From assembly GCA_039586365.1 (NCBI GenBank), contig JBDHKN010000014.1, positions 1 to 61,461 of the forward strand: a DNA stretch of 61,461 bases, written 5' to 3'. A program made the position numbers and the translations under genes. Below the pieces are notes generated by a model. It saw only the letters and a program-made list of their open reading frames with translations. It did no database searches and was not told where the DNA came from. This document shows, piece after piece, positions 18,363 to 28,717 of this stretch; the stretch's first letter is position 1, and every line of letters begins with the position of its first letter. The stretch is from Gemmatimonadota bacterium (lineage in GTDB: Bacteria; Gemmatimonadota; Gemmatimonadetes; Gemmatimonadales; GWC2-71-9).

Positions 18363-18701
18363 GTGGCTGGGAAGTTCCTTGCAGAGTTCGAGCTCTACGT
18401 GATGCTCGCGATCGCTCACCTGGCAGAGCAAGCTTACGGAGCCGCCATCCGCCGAGCTATCGAGGAGCGTACTGGTCGACCGGTCTCGGTCGGTGCCTTG
18501 TATGCCACGTTGTCACGGCTCGGGGACAAGGGACTCGTGAACTTCACGGTCTCGGAGCCACAACCGATCCGCGGTGGTCGGGCCCGAAAGTATTACAGGC
18601 TCACCCGTGGCGGCCAAGCAGCACTCAGCCACTCGACCGAGATGCTCGCACGCATGATGGACGGCCTCAGGCTGGCCCCGGCTTCGGGAGATGGATCATG
18701 A
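18363..18701 (+). CDS. PadR family transcriptional regulator
   Basis: LAEFELYVMLA...YGAAIRRAIEERTGR.VSVGALYATLSRL...GGRARKYY. Confidence 0.93.
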   Translation: MAGKFLAEFELYVMLAIAHLAEQAYGAAIRRAIEERTGRPVSVGALYATLSRLGDKGLVNFTVSEPQPIRGGRARKYYRLTRGGQAALSHSTEMLARMMDGLRLAPASGDGS

Positions 18702-21400
18702 GCCGACGCTGTGGTTCTCGAGTTCCGCGTTTCTGGCGCTGGCTCATCTCGCTGCTCATGAACCCAACCGACCGGGACTATGCGCTGGCAGACCTCGAGG
18801 AAGATTACGAGCGGCAGCTCACCCGGGCCGGACCCGGTGCTGCACGGCGATGGTATCGCGGTCAGGTCGTGAGATCGCTCTGGCCCTGTGTCAGGTCGCG
18901 GCTCTCGCACATCACCGCACCAGGCCTGGTGGGTCGGACGAAACCGATCGGACGCCATAGGGTTATCGCGTTCGACTTCGTGCGGGACTTCCGCTTGGCT
19001 CTACGCGGGATACGAAGCAGACCCGGCTTCGCGGCGATCGTTGTTCTAACCCTCACACTAGGCATCGGTGCCACGACTGCCGTGTTCAGCGTAGTGAATG
19101 GCGTTCTCTTGAATCCGCTACACCACCCGGATGCCGACCAACTGGTGATCCTGTGGGAAACCGACCAACACACCAATCCGCCGGGTACACGGAACAACGT
19201 GTCTCCCGCGAACTTTGCTGATTGGCGCGAGCTGAACCGGGTATTCGAGGACATCGCAGCCTACAGCATCGGTCAAGCAACACTCACGGGTCTGGGCAAC
19301 CCCGAGATGGTCACCAGGGGGTGGATCACGAGCGGATTCTTGTGGCTGCTCAGGGCCCGCCCAGCCTTCGGTCGTGGCTTCCTGCCGGGAGAAGGTTCGA
19401 ACGGCGCCGACAACGTGGTTGTGCTGAGCTACGACTTCTGGAATCGACGGTACGCCAGTGATCCGGATGTAATCGGCTCGACGCTGACCCTGAACGGGGA
19501 CAGCTACACGATCGTCGGTGTACTCGAACGTGGTGTCGACTTCCTCGCGCGCGGCATCCAAATCTGGACCCCGTACCGGATGGGGCCGTCCGACTTCGCG
19601 AACCGTGGTACACGGTCGCTCAACGTGCTGGCCCGGATGAAGCCCGGTGTCACGCTACAGCAGACAAGAACCGAAATGGCTGCGATAGCGGACCGCATCA
19701 GGTTGGAAGACCCCGAGTGGATGACGGGACGCGGAGTCAACGTGGTCCCGCTGCGAGACGAGTTGGTGGGCAGGGTGGAGCCTGCCTTGCTGGTTCTTTT
19801 CGGAGCCGTTCTGGTGGTGCTGCTCATCGCGACAGTGAACGTGGCAAACCTGTTCCTCGTTCGGGCCACCGAGCGTCGCCGCGACCTCGCGGTGCAGCAA
19901 GCGTTGGGTGCAGGACGCGGCCGGCTCATTCGCCGGTCGTTGGCCGAGTGTCTCACGCTTTCGGTAGGGGGCGGCACAATCGGACTGCTGCTGGCAGCCG
20001 TAGGCACCGACGCACTGCTCGCCTTCGCACCAAGCAACCTCCCCCGGATAGACGCTGTCGCAATCGATGCGCGTGTCTTGGTCTTTGGGCTGGTCGTCTC
20101 GCTGGTCACCGGGTGCGCATGCGGCGTCCTGCCCGCGTTGCAGAATCCAGGCGGCCAACTCAATGACGCTCTCAAGGAGGGCGCTCGAACCGCGACCAAG
20201 GGTGGGCGGGGACAACTGCGTCGCGGCTTGGTCGTCGCCCAAGTCGCGCTCTCGATGATACTGCTCATAGTTGCGGGGCTGCTCACACGCACCTTCTGGC
20301 AGCTGAACGCGATAAACCCCGGTTTCTCACCCGAGCGTGTTTTGACGGTGAAGGTGAGGCTACCGGCACGCGAGTATCCTGACGTCGCGTCGATGACAAC
20401 GTTCTACGACGAGCTGCTGCGCGCCGTACGTGCACTGCCCCAGGTGAACTCGGCGGCACTCACGCGGTTTCTCCCACTCAGCGACGGACCCTGGACCTAC
20501 ACATTCGAGGTCGAGGGGCAGCCGACGCCGGTACTCGGCCAGAAACAGAGCCGGGCATACCATCCTGTAAGCACCGACTACTTCCGGACCGCCGGCATCA
20601 CACTGCTCCAGGGCCGAGATTTCACGACAGCCGACAACGCCGACGCGGTGCCTGTACTGGTTATCAACGGGGCCATGAAACGCGTGTACTGGCCCAACCA
20701 GGACCCGATTGGCCAGCGCATCCGCTTCGACTTCGATGCCTCCGGTGGACCCTGGCGTGAGATCGTGGGTGTCGTAGCAGATGTGCACCACGATGCACTG
20801 CATTGGGACCCCCGCCCGACTGTGTACGGACCAGAGTCGCAGGCGTTCGCGGCAATAGCGAACCGTTTGAGGTTGCTGGTGCGAACGTCAGGGGAACCGC
20901 TGCAACTCGCACAGTCAGTGCGCCGGATTGTACAACGCATCGACCCCGACCTCCCGGTGTTCGACATACGCACCATGGACCAGATCGTCGCGGGGTCCGT
21001 GTCGCAACAGCGGTTCTCCATGCTGCTGATCGGAGGGTTCGCTGCAGCAGCGGCACTGCTGGCCCTGCTCGGCGTATACGGAGTGGTCTCCTACGCGGTG
21101 CGGGACCGCACCCAGGAGCTTGGGCTGCGTGTTGCACTCGGCGCCGGGACCGGCCGCACGGTGCGATTCGTCCTGCGGGAAGGCCTCACCCCTACGCTCG
21201 CCGGGATCGCGGTGGGCGTTACGGGCGCGCTGCTTACGAGTCGACTCCTCGACAGCCTGTTGTTTGGCGTCAGCTCGACCGACCCGCTCACCTATGCTAT
21301 GCTCGCCCCAGCTCTCGCAGTCGCAGCGGGCGTCGCCTGCTCGGTCCCGGCCTACAAGGCCGCGACGGTGGATCCGATCGCAGTATTGCGGCTGGAGTAA
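18698..21400 (+). CDS. Duplicated MacB/FtsX orphan ABC permease (ADOP-like)
   Basis: LGIGATTAVFSVVNGVLL, two FtsX-type domains, ends VDPIAVLRLE; ATGA overlap with PadR. Confidence 0.93.
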   Translation: MSRRCGSRVPRFWRWLISLLMNPTDRDYALADLEEDYERQLTRAGPGAARRWYRGQVVRSLWPCVRSRLSHITAPGLVGRTKPIGRHRVIAFDFVRDFRLALRGIRSRPGFAAIVVLTLTLGIGATTAVFSVVNGVLLNPLHHPDADQLVILWETDQHTNPPGTRNNVSPANFADWRELNRVFEDIAAYSIGQATLTGLGNPEMVTRGWITSGFLWLLRARPAFGRGFLPGEGSNGADNVVVLSYDFWNRRYASDPDVIGSTLTLNGDSYTIVGVLERGVDFLARGIQIWTPYRMGPSDFANRGTRSLNVLARMKPGVTLQQTRTEMAAIADRIRLEDPEWMTGRGVNVVPLRDELVGRVEPALLVLFGAVLVVLLIATVNVANLFLVRATERRRDLAVQQALGAGRGRLIRRSLAECLTLSVGGGTIGLLLAAVGTDALLAFAPSNLPRIDAVAIDARVLVFGLVVSLVTGCACGVLPALQNPGGQLNDALKEGARTATKGGRGQLRRGLVVAQVALSMILLIVAGLLTRTFWQLNAINPGFSPERVLTVKVRLPAREYPDVASMTTFYDELLRAVRALPQVNSAALTRFLPLSDGPWTYTFEVEGQPTPVLGQKQSRAYHPVSTDYFRTAGITLLQGRDFTTADNADAVPVLVINGAMKRVYWPNQDPIGQRIRFDFDASGGPWREIVGVVADVHHDALHWDPRPTVYGPESQAFAAIANRLRLLVRTSGEPLQLAQSVRRIVQRIDPDLPVFDIRTMDQIVAGSVSQQRFSMLLIGGFAAAAALLALLGVYGVVSYAVRDRTQELGLRVALGAGTGRTVRFVLREGLTPTLAGIAVGVTGALLTSRLLDSLLFGVSSTDPLTYAMLAPALAVAAGVACSVPAYKAATVDPIAVLRLE

Positions 21401-21593
21401 CGAGAGGACCCGCCCGCCACCGATCCCATCAGCCATGGTTCTGCAACAGCTCGTGAGGGTCAGAATAGAGCCAACCGAGTTAAGTTACCGTACCCGCGAG
21501 TGACGAATGATCCGAGCGCCACTGTAACGGCACCCACTGACGACGTGGCCGGACTGCTGCGATCTTTCAGGAAGTTGACAGGGGTTTCATCAA

Positions 21594-22547
21594 ATGCGAC
21601 GCGACTTCTATATCCCTTACCCACGTCGGACCGCGCCGACCGTCGCAGCTGTGCTCGTGCTCTCTGGTGCTCCCTTGACCAGTCAGGAGTCCCGGCCCCA
21701 GGAACCTCAGCAGGCTAGCGATAGCAGTCGAGCACCACGCGGGTCGCAATTCCTCATCCCCTTGGGGAGCCTGTTCGTGCCCGGCCTCGGCCAATACCTC
21801 AACGCGGCGGTCGGGCCCGGCGTCGCCTATACGGCGACCGCCGTTGCTGGCGCGGCGGTTGGTGCGACGGGTGATCCGGACGTCCTGGAAGACCTGCCGC
21901 GCGGCGCGGGCGACCAGTTGGCGTACGAGGGTTTGCACCTTGCCTTCACTGCGGGCGCGTTGAGTTCGTGGGATGCGTGGCGGCGTGCGATCCCCGCTCT
22001 CAAACGGGAGGGCAAGTACGGCTTCCTCCCCGAGCGCGGCGAATCGGTCGGCGACCTGCTCACCGCGCCGTTCGATGTGCGGTTCGCGGCCCGCTGGACG
22101 ACATGGGTGGACTTGCTGTATACCGGTGTCGTCGCGGGACTCCTGTTGCAGACTCGCGAGCCCGGCGTTGCCTACGAGCGTTTCCGTAGACACGACGCGG
22201 TTTTTCTCTCGGCGCTCTCATTCAACGCGGCAGTGGGGGAGGAGGCGCTGTTTCGTGGCTGGATATTCCCACTACTACACCAAACCACGGGCGAGCGGTT
22301 GTGGCTGTCGAACGGCATTCACGCAGGTATCTTCGGAGCACTCCACTCGGATCAGGCGGAGGCGTTTGCGTTCGTCATCGCGGGGTGGGCGTTCTACGAG
22401 GGGTGGCTGACCCGCCGCAACGACTGGAGTATCCGCGAGTCCATCTTTCATCATTTCTGGTACGACGTGATCATCGGGACAGCCACGTTCCTCGTGGACG
22501 AGGGGCGATCCACGCTGCAGGTACGACTTCCGCCGATTGCATTCTAG
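21594..22547 (+). CDS. CPBP/Abi (CAAX protease-like) intramembrane glutamic protease
   Basis: EEALFRG, FGALH and HHFWYD motifs; signal-like N-terminus. Confidence 0.82.
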   Translation: MRRDFYIPYPRRTAPTVAAVLVLSGAPLTSQESRPQEPQQASDSSRAPRGSQFLIPLGSLFVPGLGQYLNAAVGPGVAYTATAVAGAAVGATGDPDVLEDLPRGAGDQLAYEGLHLAFTAGALSSWDAWRRAIPALKREGKYGFLPERGESVGDLLTAPFDVRFAARWTTWVDLLYTGVVAGLLLQTREPGVAYERFRRHDAVFLSALSFNAAVGEEALFRGWIFPLLHQTTGERLWLSNGIHAGIFGALHSDQAEAFAFVIAGWAFYEGWLTRRNDWSIRESIFHHFWYDVIIGTATFLVDEGRSTLQVRLPPIAF

Positions 22548-22577
22548 CCGGTTTCTACACCCCACTGATTGACTATT

Positions 22578-22591
22578 TCTACACATGTAGA
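22578..22591. promoter_or_regulatory. Palindromic operator of a decayed PadR
   Basis: TCTACA-CA-TGTAGA, next to TTGACT (22569-22574), upstream of the PadR-like stub. Confidence 0.55.
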
Positions 22592-22635
22592 CTTTTCTGC
22601 CGCCTGGACCTGTAGTGCCGACGTGTAGGCGAGAG

Positions 22636-22725
22636 ATGGGCAAAGGCGACTACCTTGGCACCGTGGTGCTACCTTGCCACAACCTGAAGCACGGTCACAC
22701 AGTACGAGAAACGATTGCCGAACGA
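22636..22725 (+). pseudogene. 5' stub of a PadR regulator
   Basis: MGKGDYLG...HGHTVRETIAER resembles the intact PadRs here (MAKEILGEFE..., YGAAIRRAIEER); the HTH is lost. Confidence 0.5.
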
Positions 22726-22928
22726 GTGCCCCTGGCGGAGCTACACGTCGCACCGGGCGACTTGCCGCGCCTCCCGGAAGTGAGAAGCACAGAGCATTGG
22801 TTTAGGTTGCATTTCCAGGACGCAGCTTGTAGTCAAACGAGAGAGCTGCGCCATGGCGCTGCGGGCGATCGCCTCGTGAGGTACCCTGGATTGGCGGTAC
22901 GTCAGACACCATGACTCGGGAACTGGGC

Positions 22929-25900
22929 TTAGCGGCGTTCCCGGCTCAACCGTTCGATGCTCTCGCGCGCTTCGGCGACGAGCGGCTGCAACTCGGGATC
23001 GGCGTCCTTCCACAGATCGACGAAGCGGCCGTAATAGTCCAGCGCGCCGGCGACGTTGCCGCGCGCCTCGTACAGGGCCGCCAGGCGACGGTAAACGCCG
23101 GCTAGCTCGACGGGGTCGATCCAGAGCCGATCGTCCTCCGGGGTGAGAACGTAGCGCTCCAACACCGCCTGCAGAGAGTCCAGTTTGCCTTGCTCGTCAT
23201 AGATTCGAGCCAAGCCCGGGAGCACGCAGATCCTGCAGCTCCGGCGGTCGGCTCGCTGGAACATGTCAATGGCGTCCGCGAGCCGGCCTTCGGCGAGGAC
23301 GACCTGTGCGGCAGCACGATCGTACTCGACATCTACGAGCGGGCGGAACTCCGCCGGGACGTCGCGATCGAATTCCTCGAGATACTTTCTGCCCCGCACC
23401 GCATCCCCTGCTCGCGCATAGAACTCGGCAAGCTCCAGATAGGGCCGGTCAAACGGCTCCAGGCTGTCGAGCCGGAAGGACTCGAGCGCCGACTCGACGC
23501 GAGCGATGCCGGCGTCACGGTTACCGCGCACTAGCGCATCGTACAACCCCACCCCGATCACGGCGCGGAGGTACTCGGGTATCTGCTGCCCACGTTCCGC
23601 ACGCTCTCGGGCCGAGAGGAGTGCCTGCTCGCCAGCACGCAACTGTCCGCGGACTCCCGCCAGGCTCATGCGAAACGTTGTCATGAGGGCCGCAGTAGAC
23701 TCATCCTCGAATTCGGCCAGTTTTGCGACGGCGTCGGCCAGGGCGTCGTAGTCGAACTCGGCTGCCCCTATGATCGCCCGGTTGACTTGCAGCGTCAGGT
23801 GGTTGCCGATTCTCTCCGCGAACCGCTCGTTCTCGAGCTTCGCCTGCTCGAGGTTGCCCAAGTCGATATTGGTGACGACGACGTTGAAGTTCGCGTTTGG
23901 GTTGGTCGGGTTCTGATCCCGGGCACGCTCGTAGTACTCGAGCGAGCGAGCTTCCTCACGCATCTCGTGGTACACGACCCCGACATTGTTCAGCAACCGC
24001 GCGTCGTTCGGCGACAATTCCAGCAGCGTCAGGTACGGAACCAGCGCCGCCTGATACTCGTTGCGGCCCATGTGGTAAGAGCCTACGGTCCACAGCCGCT
24101 CGCGTTCCGGCAGCCGGTCGCGAAACTCGTACGCCTTTGACATCGACTGTGCCTGCAACGCCCGATCGATGCCGTAGTTCCCCAGCGTGACGGCGAGTCC
24201 GCGGTACGCTTCGGCGAAGCCGGAGTCGATCGCTATGGCCTCGCGATACAGCGACACCCCTCGGCCAATCGCCCCCGCTTCGATCGCGCGTGTGGCCTGG
24301 GAGTACTTCCGCAGTGCCGGGAGCGACGCGGTCGACACCCGCGCGAGCTGCGGAGACTGGCGGATCGAGCGCAAGGACTCGCCGATGCGTTCTCGCAGTT
24401 GGTTCGACAAACGGTCCACCGCGTCGACGATCTCGGTCGAGTCTCTCGCCGTCTCACGCACCGGGACCAGCACATCACCGGAACTCGCCACCACCAACTG
24501 AGCGAACAGCACGAACGAGCCACCGACGACGCTGATCTCGCCCGACACGACCGCTTTGATCCCCTCACGCTCCGCGACTTCCCGGGCCAGCTCCACTGTC
24601 ATCGTGCCAGGTACCTCTCGTTCCATCCGCTGGAACGCCTCGGCCAGCTGGGACTTCGTAACGAGCGTCAGCGACGGCGACTGCCCGAGATCGACGCGGA
24701 GCGCCTCGGTCACCGCCCACGCGCGAGTCGTATCACCACTCCGGTCCACGAAGTCTGTCAGGATGAGGCGATCCCGCTCCTCGAGCACCCCGGTGGCCAG
24801 CAACGTGCCTATCGGGCCGATGCCGAGCGTGCGCATGGCGGTATGGCCGACGACCACGACGGAGAGCACCCCGAAGGCCACGAGGCCGCCCACGATCGCC
24901 CGTCGCCATGTGAAGAAACTGCGGACACCGGATCGCGCCTGCTTCGGCACGGCGGCCGTCGCCAGTCGCCGGCGCTCCAAGTGCGCCGTCACCAGCATTA
25001 CCGGCAGCCCCACAATGAGCAGCGCCTCGGCACCCCGCAGCACCCAATCCGGCAGACCCAGCAGAAGCATCAGACCGTATGCGAGTCCCAGCACCACGAT
25101 CGACGCCGTACCATAGAGACCCACGACGTGAGCCGGCCCGCGAGCCGCTGCCCTGCTGCCGCTCGCCCTGGCCAGCGCCTCGAGCTGGTCAAGCAGCTCT
25201 TCCATCCGCTGCACGCGGTCTCCCGGGTGTTTTGCGAGACAGCGCATGACCAAGGTCGCCAGGGCCGGGGGAAGATTGTCGCGGTACCGCGTCACCGGCT
25301 CGGGCGTCTCGGTAACGTGCGCAGCGATGACCCGTTGCGCGGTGGCTCCCGCGAACGGTGGGCGGCCCGCCAGGATCTCATACGCCACGACGCCGAGCGC
25401 GTAGATGTCCGCCCGATGATCGATGTTCTCCTCTCCCGTCGCTTGCTCAGGGGCCATGTACGCGGGTGTGCCAACTGCCATGCCCGCCGTCGTGGCCGTG
25501 CTCCCGTCGGCAGCCTCGTGCACAGCCTTGGCCACCCCAAAGTCTGCCACCACGGCGTGATTCCCGGAGATCATCACATTGTCGGGCTTGATGTCCCGGT
25601 GTACCACGCCACGGCTGTGGGCATACTGGAGGGCGTCCGCCACGTCGCGCAGGATCCGCACGGCGCGATTCACCGGCAAGCCGCCCTCGCGAACCATCAG
25701 CGCGCTGAGCGACTCACCATCGGCGTAAGGCATGACGTAGTAGAGCAGACCGTCGGCCACGCCCGAGTCGTAGAGCGGCAGGACATGCGGGTGCTGCAGC
25801 GATGCTGCAATCTGGATCTCGCGCAGGAACCGTTCGGCGCCGAGTGCCGCCGCGATGTCGGGCTTGAGCACCTTGATCGCTACCTGGCGACGATGCTTCA

Positions 25901-26006
25901 GGTCGTGCGCCAAGTAAACGGTGGCCATGCCACCGACGCCGACTTCGCGTTCCACGGCGTAGCGATCCGTTAGGGCGGCCTTCAGGCGAGCGAGGTTATC
26001 GGCCAT
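22929..26006 (-). CDS. Ser/Thr protein kinase with about 3 TM helices and TPR region (paralog of 629..3718)
   Basis: GVGGMA, VAIK, HRDIKPDN, DFG, GTPAYMAPE; shares LGLPDWV, MRTLGIGP.GT and ADPELQP with kinase 1. Start set at MADNLARLK. Confidence 0.95.
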   Translation of the reverse strand: MADNLARLKAALTDRYAVEREVGVGGMATVYLAHDLKHRRQVAIKVLKPDIAAALGAERFLREIQIAASLQHPHVLPLYDSGVADGLLYYVMPYADGESLSALMVREGGLPVNRAVRILRDVADALQYAHSRGVVHRDIKPDNVMISGNHAVVADFGVAKAVHEAADGSTATTAGMAVGTPAYMAPEQATGEENIDHRADIYALGVVAYEILAGRPPFAGATAQRVIAAHVTETPEPVTRYRDNLPPALATLVMRCLAKHPGDRVQRMEELLDQLEALARASGSRAAARGPAHVVGLYGTASIVVLGLAYGLMLLLGLPDWVLRGAEALLIVGLPVMLVTAHLERRRLATAAVPKQARSGVRSFFTWRRAIVGGLVAFGVLSVVVVGHTAMRTLGIGPIGTLLATGVLEERDRLILTDFVDRSGDTTRAWAVTEALRVDLGQSPSLTLVTKSQLAEAFQRMEREVPGTMTVELAREVAEREGIKAVVSGEISVVGGSFVLFAQLVVASSGDVLVPVRETARDSTEIVDAVDRLSNQLRERIGESLRSIRQSPQLARVSTASLPALRKYSQATRAIEAGAIGRGVSLYREAIAIDSGFAEAYRGLAVTLGNYGIDRALQAQSMSKAYEFRDRLPERERLWTVGSYHMGRNEYQAALVPYLTLLELSPNDARLLNNVGVVYHEMREEARSLEYYERARDQNPTNPNANFNVVVTNIDLGNLEQAKLENERFAERIGNHLTLQVNRAIIGAAEFDYDALADAVAKLAEFEDESTAALMTTFRMSLAGVRGQLRAGEQALLSARERAERGQQIPEYLRAVIGVGLYDALVRGNRDAGIARVESALESFRLDSLEPFDRPYLELAEFYARAGDAVRGRKYLEEFDRDVPAEFRPLVDVEYDRAAAQVVLAEGRLADAIDMFQRADRRSCRICVLPGLARIYDEQGKLDSLQAVLERYVLTPEDDRLWIDPVELAGVYRRLAALYEARGNVAGALDYYGRFVDLWKDADPELQPLVAEARESIERLSRERR

Positions 26007-26281
26007 AACCATATAACCTACATGATGCGCTGCTTTTCTGGGAGCGCCGCTCACCCACGCCTCCCGAACCACTCCAGGCGTGAGAGCCGGTTGTTCAAAC
26101 CAGACTTTGCAGGGAACCTCAATGCCTCGGATGCGGCACCATGTCGCGTGATCGAATCTGCTCAGGTCTCCGCTGCTTGTACCATTGCGCTCAACCTTCC
26201 CAACTCCACCGGACCACCTCGTCGCCTGGCCGCGTCTCAGGTGGGGGCGTAATTTAGGGCCGGAACCCGGATTTGCATGAC

Positions 26282-28645
26282 GTGACCGAAAATGTCCTAG
26301 GTCGTCTCACCGCAGCATTGTCAGGCCGCTACACCATCGAGCGGGAACTCGGCGCGGGCGGGATGGCTGCGGTGTATCTGGCCGAGGACGTGAAGCATCG
26401 CCGCAAGGTGGCGATAAAGGTCTTCAATCCGGAGTTGGCGGCAGCAATCGGGGCGGAGCGGTTTCTCCGGGAGGTTGAAGTCACCGCCAACCTGAATCAT
26501 CCCCACATCCTGCCACTCCACGATTCAGGCGAAGCCGAGGGCTTCCTCTACTATGTCATGCCGTACGTAGCAGGCGAGACCCTGCGCGATCGGCTGAACC
26601 AGGAAAGACAACTGCCGCTCGAAGACGCGCTCGGAATCGCCCGCGAGGTGGCAGACGGGCTTTCTTACGCCCATTCGCGGGGTGTGATCCACCGGGACAT
26701 CAAGCCGGAGAACATCCTCCTGGAGTCGGGCCACGCCGTGATCGCCGATTTCGGAATCGCGCGTGCCGTGAGTGCCGCGGGCGCTGAAACGCTGACGCAA
26801 TCGGGCATTGCGGTCGGGACTCCTACCTATCTGAGTCCCGAGCAGGCGGCGGGGGAACGCGACCTGGATGGCCGGAGCGACCAGTACAGCCTGGCGTGCG
26901 TGCTGTACGAGATGTTGGCGGGCCGACCGCCGTTCGTCGGTCCGACGGTGGAGAGCCTGCTACGGCAGCATATCGCGGCCGAGCCACCACTCGTTACCAG
27001 TATTCGGCCCGCGGTCCCCGCCCCGGTCGTCGGGGCTCTCCACCGGGCGCTCGCCAAGAGTCCAGCCGATCGATTCAACGCCGTCGCTCAATTCACCGAC
27101 GCGCTCAGTACGGGCGAGGCCGCAACAGCAACCCACTCAGTGGCGCCGCAACGCAGCGGGCGCCGGTGGATCGCCGCGCTGCTGGGGGTGGCAGCGGTGG
27201 CGGTAGTCGCTGCTGTCGTTACGCTTCGCACCGGTGACGTCCCCGACCCCGTGGTGGATCGTCCAATGCTGGCCGTGCTTCCGTTTGAGAACCTCAGTGG
27301 TTCCGAAGACGAATACTTCGCCGCTGGGATCACCGAAGAGATCACCTCGCGGCTGGCAGAGATCTCGGGGCTCGGCGTGGTGTCCCGCACGAGCGCGCTT
27401 CGCTACAAGGGAGCTAACCAGAGCCTGCGAGAGATCGGGAGCGAGCTAGGCGTGCACTACGTGCTCGAGGGCACGATACGCACCGATCGAAGGCCAGGTG
27501 AAGCCGGCCAGGTACGTGTGACACCACAGCTCATTCGGGCCATTGACGATACCCATCTCTGGACGGAGCGGTATACGGCGAGCTTGGTGCCCGGCGAGAT
27601 CTTCGAGGTGCAAGCGGCGATCGCCGAACAGGTCGCCGCGGCCCTCGACGTCACGCTACTCGCCGGGGAGATGAGTGCACTGCACCGACAGTCCACCGTG
27701 GATTCAGCGGCACACCAAGCTTACTTGCAGGGACGCTACCTGTGGAACCGCCGTACGGCGCAGAGTCTCCAACTCGCCGTGCAGTATTTCGCCGACGCCG
27801 TTGCGCTCGACCCGCAGTACGCGAGCGCGTACGCCGGTCTCGCAGACTCTTACGCCCTGTTCCCGTTCTACCAAGTACCGGCTCTATCACGAGAAGAGGC
27901 ATACGCTCGCGCCGAAGAATCAGCTCGCCGGGCCCTGTCACTGGACAGTATGCTCGCGAGCGCGCATGCCTCACTTGCGTTCGCACTGATGCACGGCAAG
28001 TGGGATTGGGGTGCCGCGGAGCGCGAGTTCGGTCTGGCGCTCGGGATCGATCCGGACTATGCCACTGCCCACCATATGTATGCGCAGCTCCTGTATATCA
28101 ACGGTCGTATGGAGGAAGCCCTAGCGCATGCGGCGCGCGCCGTCGAGCTAGAACCGGCTCTGCCCATAGCTCATCACATCCATGGCTGGGTACTCCTCTG
28201 CATGGGGCGGATCGCCGAGGCGGAGGAGGCCGCGCGGCACGCGGTGCGTTTGGAGCCAGGCTTTCTCGCCCCTCATTCCGCGCTGGCCATGATCGGGCTG
28301 CTGCGCGGCGACGGGGATATGTATGTCCGGGAGGCGATCGTCTGGGGTATGGCGCAGGAGATAGCGCGCGCCGTCGTGGAAGTGCGGCGTGACCCCGCGC
28401 GGAAAACCGACGCGATCAATCTCGTAAGCGAATACCAGCGGGTTGGACAGCCTGCCGACCCCGCTACCGGGGCCATGGTGTACATGCTGATCGGCGCCCC
28501 GGACTCCGCCCTAGCCTGGTCCGAGCGTGCCTACGCGGAGCGGTCGGAGATGTTCCTCACCTTCATTCGCCTTCCGACGCTGCGCGAAGCATTTGCTGAT
28601 CGTAGGGTTCGGGACATCGTGCGCCGCATCGGTGTGGAACCGTAG
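26282..28645 (+). CDS. Ser/Thr protein kinase with TM helix, TolB-N-like domain and TPRs
   Basis: GAGGMA, VAIK, HRDIKPEN, DFG; LAVLPFENLS...EYFAAGITEEITSRL; TPRs. GTG start chosen by homology to kinase 1. Confidence 0.95.
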   Translation: MTENVLGRLTAALSGRYTIERELGAGGMAAVYLAEDVKHRRKVAIKVFNPELAAAIGAERFLREVEVTANLNHPHILPLHDSGEAEGFLYYVMPYVAGETLRDRLNQERQLPLEDALGIAREVADGLSYAHSRGVIHRDIKPENILLESGHAVIADFGIARAVSAAGAETLTQSGIAVGTPTYLSPEQAAGERDLDGRSDQYSLACVLYEMLAGRPPFVGPTVESLLRQHIAAEPPLVTSIRPAVPAPVVGALHRALAKSPADRFNAVAQFTDALSTGEAATATHSVAPQRSGRRWIAALLGVAAVAVVAAVVTLRTGDVPDPVVDRPMLAVLPFENLSGSEDEYFAAGITEEITSRLAEISGLGVVSRTSALRYKGANQSLREIGSELGVHYVLEGTIRTDRRPGEAGQVRVTPQLIRAIDDTHLWTERYTASLVPGEIFEVQAAIAEQVAAALDVTLLAGEMSALHRQSTVDSAAHQAYLQGRYLWNRRTAQSLQLAVQYFADAVALDPQYASAYAGLADSYALFPFYQVPALSREEAYARAEESARRALSLDSMLASAHASLAFALMHGKWDWGAAEREFGLALGIDPDYATAHHMYAQLLYINGRMEEALAHAARAVELEPALPIAHHIHGWVLLCMGRIAEAEEAARHAVRLEPGFLAPHSALAMIGLLRGDGDMYVREAIVWGMAQEIARAVVEVRRDPARKTDAINLVSEYQRVGQPADPATGAMVYMLIGAPDSALAWSERAYAERSEMFLTFIRLPTLREAFADRRVRDIVRRIGVEP

Positions 28646-28717
28646 CTATACACTCACCGCGCGGTTTGGGGAACCGCCTATCCCCCTCGAGGGAGGGAAG
28701 AGAGGAGAAGATCGATC

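Noticed and set aside
24399..25973. 524-aa plus-strand ORF
   Set aside because: Antisense shadow of the kinase in GC-rich DNA, with no motifs. The same applies to most short ORFs in the track.
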